64,000 nucleotides of DNA, from positions 96,001 to 160,000 of IMG/VR virus record IMGVR_UViG_3300042691_041259; one strand, 5' to 3'. A program made the position numbers and the translations under genes. Each line of letters begins with the position of its first letter. Position 1 is the stretch's first letter. The stretch is from a virus. Lineage: Duplodnaviria > Caudoviricetes. Shown here piece after piece: positions 38,491 through 48,100 of this stretch. Below the pieces are notes generated by a model. That model was given only the letters and a program-made list of their open reading frames with translations. It was not told the origin of the DNA and did no database searches.

Positions 38491-39348
38491 TCCTTCAATT
38501 CCTTTTGTGTTTGACCGCTTATATGCCGCCGGAACGTTTTCTTCCCAGCGTGGGTCATACCAGAATCTTCTGCCAGTTTTGTCAATCACCGAATTGCCTT
38601 TACCATAAACCTGCATCCATGCACCAAATCCATCAGCAGGGACACCATTAGGGTTTACCCAGTCTTTTAGCTGTCCACCACCAAGAGTGTATGCATCTCT
38701 TACGCATAGGTGTGTGACTTTTAGAATTTCTTCTAACTGATCACGAGTAAGATCTTTTGCAATGGTAAAAGGCATAACGTTGGTTCGATAAAGAATCTCA
38801 GCTCTGAGGTAATTTCCAACTCCGTTAAAATAGCCTTGATTCATTAAGAGCTCATTTACCGGAGAGTTAAATGCTTTAGATGTTTGCCAATTTGCTCGAA
38901 CTGAGTTTGCAAACTCATTAAATTCTGTAAGAGGGCACGGACCTCTGTCAGAATTCCAGGTACCCCATCTCCACTTTGCAAAACGTCGAACATCATGTAA
39001 AACCAATAGATCTCCACGATTAGTGATTAGCCTCAAGTGAGCGTGCTTTAAGACTTCGTCTTTCTTTGGACTGTCATGCCGTACCATCGCCCAGGATCCG
39101 CTCATTCCAAGAGATACCATCAGATAACGTTTATCTTCACCGGTAGGCCCTCCTCCAACAAGCTCAAGCTCAAGCATCAATTCCTTTCCTCGGCTAGCGG
39201 CTTTAACGGTAAAAAGACCACCATCAAAGGCAGTAAGTTCAGTTTTTACTTTTGAGACGGGTGATTTTTCAATCTTCTCAAAGAATTGATTAGTAGCGAC
39301 CATGTTAATAAAGTCGCCCATGATTTTAACTTCGGCTAATTCAGGCAT
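38482..39348 (-). CDS. Fpg/Nei-family DNA glycosylase/AP lyase, NEIL1-like (zincless finger)
   Basis: Catalytic N-terminal PE, RGKEL, LGMSGS, HAHLR, DVRRF, RGPC, H2TH NQGYFNGVGNYLRAEILY; no C4 zinc finger. Confidence 0.9.
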   Translation of the reverse strand: MPELAEVKIMGDFINMVATNQFFEKIEKSPVSKVKTELTAFDGGLFTVKAASRGKELMLELELVGGGPTGEDKRYLMVSLGMSGSWAMVRHDSPKKDEVLKHAHLRLITNRGDLLVLHDVRRFAKWRWGTWNSDRGPCPLTEFNEFANSVRANWQTSKAFNSPVNELLMNQGYFNGVGNYLRAEILYRTNVMPFTIAKDLTRDQLEEILKVTHLCVRDAYTLGGGQLKDWVNPNGVPADGFGAWMQVYGKGNSVIDKTGRRFWYDPRWEENVPAAYKRSNTKGIEGDI

Positions 39349-40067
39349 TATAGAGTATTGCTTTGTAAAGTTTGTGGCTGATATATGTTGTAGATCTTTT
39401 CGGCTAAGAGAATCATTGATTTTACATCCTTTTCACAGTATGTAGTTACACGATCAATTTCACCAGCATAAAATGTGGAATGAACCTGACTGCCATCAAT
39501 ATCATCTTTTGGAGTTGGGATTCCCATGCCAAAACAAGCCTCTTCAAATGTAACATCCAATGAAGATCCGCTTTTCCACATTTCTTTCATATCAAAGATA
39601 TTCATTTCCCAAGGCTTCTTTTCATAAGAACTTAAACAATCAGGAACTTGGATTCCATTTATTAGCAGCCGGCGGACAATCCATGGAACGTCAAAGTTTT
39701 TAATGTTCCATCCGGTAGGTATTAAACCTGCGGAGTCTGCTTTATGAAATAGATTTGCAATCTTCTTTAGCATTGTGACTTCATCACTATCAGAAATTGT
39801 TTGGATTTGCATTTCGCCATCCTTCCAGATTCCATAAGAAAGACATGCAATTCTTCCAAATTCAGGAAAGAGCGCCACATTGTTTGGGTAGTCTTTATGA
39901 AGATCGCCTGTCCAGCTCTTTCCATTGTGGAGTCGGCTGCTTTTCTTTTCAAATATACCAACCGCTTCGGGACCTTTGTCATCAATCATGGATTGAAAGT
40001 CTGGATATTGACCGCAAGTCTCAATGTCAAAAAATAAGAATTTCTTAAACTTTTCTCGTGAATACAT
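39348..40067 (-). CDS. DEDD 3'-5' exonuclease (stand-alone PolB-exonuclease-like)
   Basis: FFDIET, GWNIKNFDVPWI, YCEKDV; TAATG coupling to the glycosylase. Confidence 0.85.
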   Translation of the reverse strand: MYSREKFKKFLFFDIETCGQYPDFQSMIDDKGPEAVGIFEKKSSRLHNGKSWTGDLHKDYPNNVALFPEFGRIACLSYGIWKDGEMQIQTISDSDEVTMLKKIANLFHKADSAGLIPTGWNIKNFDVPWIVRRLLINGIQVPDCLSSYEKKPWEMNIFDMKEMWKSGSSLDVTFEEACFGMGIPTPKDDIDGSQVHSTFYAGEIDRVTTYCEKDVKSMILLAEKIYNIYQPQTLQSNTL

Positions 40068-40199
40068 AGTTTTACTTTATTTGATTATTCTATACACAAA
40101 GAGATAAAGGTTTTCTGAAACTTTTGTCAAGAGCTGTATAAAATTAGTATCAGAAGAAAGGAGGATAAGACTATTCTCTATGACAAATAAACACTCAAT

Positions 40200-40466
40200 A
40201 TGGACCAGAACGATCTCAGAAACGCTATGCAGTCACCACAGATTGACTTAAGCACGGCTCCTTGGCACGGTTGTGAGCAAGGTAATTTTATGTTTGACAA
40301 TGCTACAATGTTCAAGCGCATTTCTCCACTAGTTTCTCCTACAGGAAACGAAGAGTTTGCAGCTGCTGAAGTTATAGTTTGTCGCAAGTGTGGAAAGATT
40401 CCGCCCTTCTTTGCTGAAAAAATGGGCGATTGTCCAGCTGAACACGTTTCAGAGTGCAAGAAGTAA
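40200..40466 (+). CDS. Small hypothetical protein, possibly metal-binding
   Basis: 88 aa; HGC..., CRKCG and further Cys/His; divergent from the exonuclease gene. Confidence 0.6.
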   Translation: MDQNDLRNAMQSPQIDLSTAPWHGCEQGNFMFDNATMFKRISPLVSPTGNEEFAAAEVIVCRKCGKIPPFFAEKMGDCPAEHVSECKK

Positions 40467-40870
40467 AACACTATCAAAAGATCTCAGTTAGACGCTCCTC
40501 CCTACATGGGTGGGGCGTTTTTGCTGATGAAGTTATTCTGCCAAATGAAATGGTGGAAGTTGCGCCTGGCGTTCTTTTACAACAAAGCTTTTTAAACGCT
40601 TGCCACTACGTTGCAACTGCCGAAGGAATGCCACCCGAAGAGATCATGTTAGATCAATATGGGATTGGCTGGACCGATGGCCGAGCTTTCTTTCCTTTAG
40701 GATGGGTAGGTTTATACAACCACTCCGACAATCCTTCAGCAGAATTTGTGTACGTAAGCGATGAACTTGTTGGAATCCGCTCTCTTAAAGAGATCTCTCC
40801 CGACCAAGAAATTACCGTTAACTATGGGGATCACTGGTGGAGGCAGAAGGGTTACCTCCAGAAGGCTTAG
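40454..40870 (+). CDS. SET-domain protein (putative lysine methyltransferase)
   Basis: SSLHGWGVFA, YNHSDNPSA, EITVNYG are SET signature motifs; GTG start. Confidence 0.88.
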   Translation: MQEVKHYQKISVRRSSLHGWGVFADEVILPNEMVEVAPGVLLQQSFLNACHYVATAEGMPPEEIMLDQYGIGWTDGRAFFPLGWVGLYNHSDNPSAEFVYVSDELVGIRSLKEISPDQEITVNYGDHWWRQKGYLQKA

Positions 40871-41591
40871 ACTCATAACGCTCAAACTCGTCTTCAATCT
40901 CAATGATAATGGGATTTCTTACAATATCTTCGCGATTGAAGTGCATTATTCCAAATTGAGTCTTGCTTTCAAATAGTCTCATCACAATTTCAAGCGATGA
41001 CATCTTTTTGTCTTTAAGGTCAATTTGTTTGGTGTCTCCAATAATGATCATTTTGCTGTCTTCGCCAATACGAGTCATGGTAGTTCTCATATTCTTTAGA
41101 GAGATATTTTGAGCCTCGTCTACAATAATAATCGTGTTATCAATAGAACGACCTCTAATATACGCCAAAGGTAGTACCTCAATAATTTCATGCTCGATAA
41201 GTTTTTGTGTAAGAGGCTTGCCAATAATTTTGTAAAAATTGTCAAGAAAAGATTCCATAAATGGCTCCATCTTTTCTTTAAGGCTTCCTTTAAGATATCC
41301 AATGTCTTCTCCTTCTGTGACAGTTACGCTTTTGGCAAGAATAATTTTCTTGTAAAAGTTTTCCGAATTTGCTAACAGCTTGAGAGCCTCAGCACAAGCA
41401 ACATAAGTCTTGCCCGTTCCGGCGGGACCTCCGCAGATAACTATATCTTTATTTTTGATAAGCCTACTCAGAAGCTTTTGATTTTCTGTCTTTGGTAAAA
41501 AACTGACTTTTACTCTGGCAGTTGAAAATTCTTCTCTCACATATTGAGGTTTTTCTTCTGCGGATTGTTGGTTTGGTTTTCTTCTTGCCAT
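40818..41591 (-). CDS. phoH: PhoH-family ATPase
   Basis: GPAGTGKT, GYLKGSLKEKM, LAYIRGRS, DEAQN, GDTKQID, DIVRNP. Confidence 0.95.
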   Translation of the reverse strand: MARRKPNQQSAEEKPQYVREEFSTARVKVSFLPKTENQKLLSRLIKNKDIVICGGPAGTGKTYVACAEALKLLANSENFYKKIILAKSVTVTEGEDIGYLKGSLKEKMEPFMESFLDNFYKIIGKPLTQKLIEHEIIEVLPLAYIRGRSIDNTIIIVDEAQNISLKNMRTTMTRIGEDSKMIIIGDTKQIDLKDKKMSSLEIVMRLFESKTQFGIMHFNREDIVRNPIIIEIEDEFERYESKPSGGNPSASTSDPHS

Positions 41592-42145
41592 TATACTTTT
41601 ACGGTTTGAACTTTTACATCTTTTTCTTTCTCTAACTCTTTTGCGTGATCAAGATTTTCTTGATTGTCATCGAAAAAGATAAAGTCATAATATCCTTGTG
41701 ATATGAGGTCTTTTAGTGCCTCAGATTTCTTTTGTGCAATACTTCCTTGATATGAATACTTTGGATCATTAACAGCTATCACCAAGTCGGGGTGAATGTC
41801 TATACCATTCTCTAAAAAGAACGTTCTTATCATATTAGAAGATGAACGAGCAGTGAGTATACACACATGTACTCCTCTTCTATAAAAGTCATTGAGTTTA
41901 TCCAGTACATGAGTAATAAACTCAGCGTTCCTTAGCACGTCTAGGCTTTCAAAATCTTTAAAAGAAAGACTGTGTTTCTTGGGATCGTGTTTAAAAAAAT
42001 TAAACTCAGCAGGCGTAAGACTTTTAATTACTTTGCCTTTTCGGTCAAGAACCTGTATTTTTGCGGTAGATATAACTAACGTATCGTCCAGGTCAAAGAC
42101 CGCAAGTCTTCCTTTGGAAGTTCCTTTTATATTTGCTTCGTTCAT
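41591..42145 (-). CDS. HAD-superfamily phosphatase-like protein
   Basis: Motif I FDLDDTL, motif II LTAR, motif III K (QKK), motif IV FFDD. Confidence 0.8.
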   Translation of the reverse strand: MNEANIKGTSKGRLAVFDLDDTLVISTAKIQVLDRKGKVIKSLTPAEFNFFKHDPKKHSLSFKDFESLDVLRNAEFITHVLDKLNDFYRRGVHVCILTARSSSNMIRTFFLENGIDIHPDLVIAVNDPKYSYQGSIAQKKSEALKDLISQGYYDFIFFDDNQENLDHAKELEKEKDVKVQTVKV

Positions 42146-42150
42146 ATACT

Positions 42151-42158
42151 TATTTATC
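42151..42158 (-). promoter_or_regulatory. Putative late promoter GATAAATA
   Basis: 6 nt upstream of the HAD start; recurrent motif. Confidence 0.4.
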
Positions 42159-45100
42159 CTTCATTACGATCTGCCATATAGACTTCTATATAGTCCTTGT
42201 TGTATCGGCTTTGCGTATTACCATTGGTATCGGTAATTTCCAATTCCAAGTCGTATAGGCCAGTCTCCAGGAAAGTCCACATAAAGTCAGAATCTTCTAT
42301 TGAACAAACTTTAGTTCCATCATGATATAGGTTCCATAAGAAATGTGTTTTTCCTGCAATATCTGATGCGTCTGATGAAAATAATACCGAGCATCCAGCA
42401 GGGATTTTTCTTTCACGCAATGATATTGTAGTGTCTTCCCATGTAAATGCCGAGTTTATAGAACTCTCATATTGCAGTCTCATTGAATCCCATTGCTCTG
42501 TACTGCTCCAAAGTTGTCTTGTGACTGGCTGGATTTTTATATTTAGATCTAACGGGGTGTACGCATAAAAGACTGCTGTAGCTGCTGAATCAATAGGTAT
42601 GTCAATATTGATTAAACTATTTTTGTTATCAACGCTAATAATTTTTGTCTTAAACTGATTTGTAAGAACTGGTCCGCCTGAAACTTCGCCTATAACCATT
42701 CCAGACTTAAGAGATTCAATAGGACTTGGCATTAAAGCAGGTGTAAATGGAGCTGTCGGCTGCGTTATGCTGGTAATTTGATAAGTTTCCGGATCAAATA
42801 TGAGAGCCCCATCAATGTTTGTAGTTCCATTAAAATACACTGCGTTTCTTCCTATTAAACCAGTTTGAGGATTAACCACAACAGCTTCAATAGTTAAAGT
42901 TTCTGAGCTTACTGGCGAAGCTGCCGAGTTGTAAACATTTGAAGCAAATTTTATCACTATAGGAATAGGATACTGGTCCCAGTTAGAATAATTGGCTGCA
43001 AAAAAAGTGCTAGTTGAAAAATCAAAAGGAGAACCTGCGTTGTATATAGTGGCTTGTCCATCAAAAAATGAATTTAGAACTAAATATAAATCGTCAGGCG
43101 TTGGCGGAACTATTGCGTTGCCGTTTACATCAAATATAGAAACTACAGTTCCAGGTTTATACAAGTTAGGAAAAGTATTTGCAATTGGTGTTAAAAACGG
43201 AAAACCATCAACCTGGCCATTAGGAGAGCTCCATGACTTAGAAGGGTACCATCCTCCATTAACAGCATTGTAGTCGCTGTAACGATTCTCCCCTCCCTCA
43301 TAAATGTAGGTTTGTATGTTTCTATACGGCTGAGCAAATTGCAGAAGACTATTTTCTAAGCCTGCACCATAAAATATATCTCTATTTTGAACCCAATTAT
43401 AGTAATTTCCAAGAGGAAAAGTATGGTTCCACTCGGTAAGATCACTGACTCCAGGCTCGTATATGTAATGATTTGACACAAATAAATTATTAGTATTGGA
43501 TCTAACGTATCCTAAAGAATCTGCACCCGGAGACTTTGCATACGCATTAATTACTATATCAGGATCGGAAGCCGGCGTTGACAATATAAATTTCACAGAG
43601 CCGGCTCTTTTTGGATATACCTCCATACAAAAGCTTTCAACTGTTGTCGCGGCAGGTGCAAACATAGTTAGCGTAGTAACAAAACCACTGTTCTCGTTGA
43701 TAAGGCCAATGCCAGGTCCAAATTCACCAATTATAGTTAATGCATTTGGATCCCACAACCAGCCTGCAAGAGGAAGATCTGATTGATACCCTACTATATT
43801 GCTAACAACTTTGCTGCCAGCTACCATATCACCGTGTATTACACATGCAGGAATCCATGGAATAGCTCCTCCAACAGTAAACGCTCCAGAAGAACCGAGA
43901 GTTACCTGTCCAGCTCCAGCGCCTGAAACTTCCCATCCTGGCTGTATATTTGTTCCAAGAACAAAATCCCCAACAGCAGCAATGGTATCATCACCATAAA
44001 GATTAGAATCAGTAGGATCGCCCCAAGTGTAAAAACCTTGATCAACCGCTCCTATAGTATCAGAAGACACTTCATAATAAAACTTTGAAAGACCGGGATT
44101 GTCATTTTTGCCCCAGTAACCTGATACGTCGTATATGTTATTGTTTAAAAAGTTTGTGGCAAATACAGCAATTTCTGGATAACTAACAGCTGGCATATCA
44201 TAGTAAAGCGGATCATATTCATTAAATTGTAAAAATGTTTCTCCCGAATTCTCTGCTACAAATCGGAAATTTGCTGAAAGACTATACGGCCAGTCAATGG
44301 TGTTCCATGTCTGCGAACACATTGCATCCCAATCAAGATTCAAAACTTCACTCCAACCAAGTTTTACTCCTAAATGAGTATCTGCATAGTCTTCATCAAA
44401 GTCTCGTGCTTTAAGCTTAAATGTAGAATCACAGCGATAGAGTTCGTGATTAGGGTCTTTTACCGTCACAATAGACCATCCTGGAATTTGATAAAATTCT
44501 CCAACATTTATTATTTCTTGTGAATACTCGCCTTCAGAAATTCCCCAATCAAAGAACCACCCTCTTCCTGTGTATGGTTCTGCTGGAAATACTATGCTAT
44601 TTTCAAATTCACCAAGAATTGGACGAGTATTAAAGTCCATAGTTATATCAAGATTTCCTGTAATACCATTTTGGAGAGATGTGTAAGTTCTTGTTGGAAA
44701 CACATTATATTTGTACTCAATCCAACCAAATATGTCAATGTCGTCAATTTGCCCTAGCCAATTATTGAGCTCGTCAAATTTCTTTCCTTCTAGCGCTGTG
44801 GCTTCTATACAAATTATGGAAGACTCGCCAGCGCTCCATATATTCCAAGGACTACCTTGATTGCTAGAGTCCTCATACATATCAATAGTTCGGAAATGCT
44901 GCTCATATAGAGTCGTTCCCTCATTAAAGATTTTTCCTTTAATTTCATAAAGTGCAAATATTCCTCCAATTTGATATGTTACCCATACGGAATTAGTAAC
45001 GGGATTATACACCATTACTCTAAATACTCCTGGCACTGTAGGATTTATTGTGTACACTGGAGTTGAAAGATCAAAAAAGCTGTACACATCAATTCTTGGA

Positions 45101-48100
45101 GTTCCACCAACATTTCTAGAAACCCACCAGTGACCATCAGCTTCATGATATGCAAGAGCGGTAACAGTATTCCAGTTTGCTGAAATGTTTTTATTAGTAC
45201 GCGTATACGGATAACTGCATTCCAACTCATAATAAACAGTGGTAGCAACCGATAAATTAAAGGCTATGATTCTATCAATATGTTCTACATAACGAATGCC
45301 AAGAACTGCTGCTGGAAGAGATACCGTGTCAATGATAGTATTCCAATTTGGTGAATTTGGATCTGCATCAATTATTGAAAGCGGTGAATTGTCTCCTGCT
45401 AACACCCAAATCCTTTTTCTTACAGGATCATAAGTAATACCGGAACAACTAGTATTAGGGGTTGTATCTATTTGAGCAATTATTGAACCTGTATTAGCGT
45501 CTACGCAATACGCAAATTCGTCAGAAGTTGCACAATAAAGCATATCGTAACCTGATCCGCCATCTCTTACAAATACCATGTTAGCGTTTGTAGAATTAGC
45601 GCTGGTTAATGTAGTAAATAAAGATGCTGTATTTGTATTGGGATCCAAGGTATAAATGTCGTTACCGATAGTTTGCCCTTCTGGATAAAAAAAGCGGTCA
45701 AGTTCTCTTACATAAAATAGTTTTTTTACATTTGCGGCAATTGATATGTTATTCTGTGTAGCGGCTTCTAAATCAATATAATATGCGTTATTTGTAGACG
45801 GTGGAACATACACACCGTAAATAAATCCAGGGCCTCCATCAGGGCTAGGGCGATACGCGCCAGCACCGGTAAAAATACTTATTGGCTGAATAAGTGGCGG
45901 AGATATTTCAGGATCAAGTGGATCGAACGCCCACCAAAAAGTTTTATCAGGTTGCGTAATTACAAGATCAAACTCAGTAAAACCAGGACGGACTTCTTTT
46001 AATAAGTCAGCAGTAGTTGCATACGTATTTGTATTTGTATTGTTTACATAAAACATTGCTCGATTTCCCCAATTTGCCTCAGTAGGGCTATCAAGAGTCT
46101 CAACTACTACAGGTGCCGGATTGCCTAAAACTCCTAAATTCAAATTACCGTTCTCATAAGATTGGTTTCGGTAGTTATAGATTTGCCCACTTACCCATTG
46201 CTCGGTTATCGGCGAAGTGCCATCTGTGATGATTCCTGAATATAGTGTTGTAACAGGATCTACATTTTTTGCATATATAGGTATACCCCATGAAGCAAGT
46301 GGATGATCTAAATTCCACCGGCTATCATTTAGTGGAGTATTATTGTCTCCTTTAAGAGTAACATATTGTCCAGGAATCAAAGTTTTCCCGTTTTCTGGAG
46401 TATATAAATCATCTTGAATAACAATAGTATTTGCAACTTCTCTCAGGACTTCCCAAGCAGTAGGGTTTGCCTCAAAACTTGATGGCCATGCAGGCACAGA
46501 ACTAATTGTGTATTCAACATATGTCACAAAATCAGTAGCGCTAGTTGCTTCCACCGGAAACACAGATCCATCTCTACGAAGATACACAATTTCTGCACCA
46601 AAGCTTGTAGCAATTGGTCGATTCTGCACATCAGAAAGCTCCACTGTGACTACACCTGTAATAGGATTAAACTCAGTGACTTTACCTACAAGGCTATCAT
46701 AAGCAGATACTTTCCATACGTCATAATCAGGAGCTTTTGGATAGTTCCAATTGTTTTCCTGGCTAAGAGGTGTTACATTCAAGGTATCCCATAGGATATC
46801 ACAATCATCCCACACAGTCCATGTTTTAATATGATTGATCCAACGGCCCCAAAACTCGTCCCACATATAAAAAGCTTCATCCCACGTGTCTACACAATTT
46901 TGTTCCATCTGTAGAATGTTTGACTCTTGGCCAGATCCATCATAAACGCCTGGTGTGTCTGACGGGCCGATATATCGTGTAGCAAACGAAGACAATGCCT
47001 CAGGCATATATACTTCTACGTAGTCTCTTTTTATCTCGTTTACCCAATTGTTATCTGTGTCATATACAATCAGCTCTACTTTATAGAAACCTTTATACGG
47101 CAAAGGAACCGTGTGAGTAATAAGTTTGTCAATAGATTTTTGTCCAGAAGTATAAATGAAATTGCTGGTTCCTGGCTCAGATGTAACTTTCCATTCCATG
47201 TCATAAAAGTTTCCACGACCAATTTCATCCCAAGTATATAAGGTTGAAGTATGCCCGCCGGTAAGTTTTACTTCTGGCGTGGAAGTATAAGCTGACCCAC
47301 TGCTGTTAATTTCAATAGCGTGTATCTGTATGTTAAAATTTCCTGGAACCGAATTAAAGCTTGTGGAAATATCAACGTAGTTTCCGCCTACCGTATCATA
47401 AGCAAGTACAACACATGGCTTATCCAAAGAATTTCCACCAGTATCAGTACCAACTACAAACATTGTTGGAAGTATCTGGACCTGTAAAGGAAACACTGCT
47501 TGTGGAGTTGCAAAAAATGCTCGAGCAGAGGTTGGCGAAAGCGCATTAATTGAAGTTACTTCAAGATCTAAAATCTTCACTTCACCGTTTCTCATATATG
47601 CAGTAGCTGTGGCATTTATGCCATCGCCACCAATAAAGTCTACGGTTGGAGTACGTGTATAACCGCTACCTGGATCTATAATTTCAATTGCTTCAATTGC
47701 GCCGGTGCCCGCTGGAAGAGGGCTAACATAGGCTTTTAGAGTTGCCTCGGTAGCGCTCCATAAGTTATCCCATGAAAATATCATTTCATCCCAGGTAACA
47801 TCGAATCCAGTTGCCTCAAGCTCAAGAAAAGCAGCTACTGGAGCATATGGCTCATTGGTAAGAACTTCTAATTGTGTCCCTTGATCAAAGTATCCTACAT
47901 ACGGTCCTTGAACTGTTGTGAGATTAAAATTGTACGTACATACTATTGGAAGACCTGTATCTGGATCTGCTGGCGTAAATACTGGAGGATCTAAGATTGG
48001 GTAACCCTTTCCTTGTGTGGTTGTTTTAACGCCTTCCAACACATATTGAATATCTTGTTGATCAAGTTTAAATCCTCTGCCTACCCCTGAATAGTAAATG

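Noticed and set aside
40068-40199. Sigma70 promoter (TTGACA at 40125-40130, minus strand) and AGGAGG at 40159-40164
   Set aside because: No -10 box or TAnnTTTG at proper spacing, and AGGAGG is too far from the 40200 start; the region probably holds divergent promoters, but I cannot define them.
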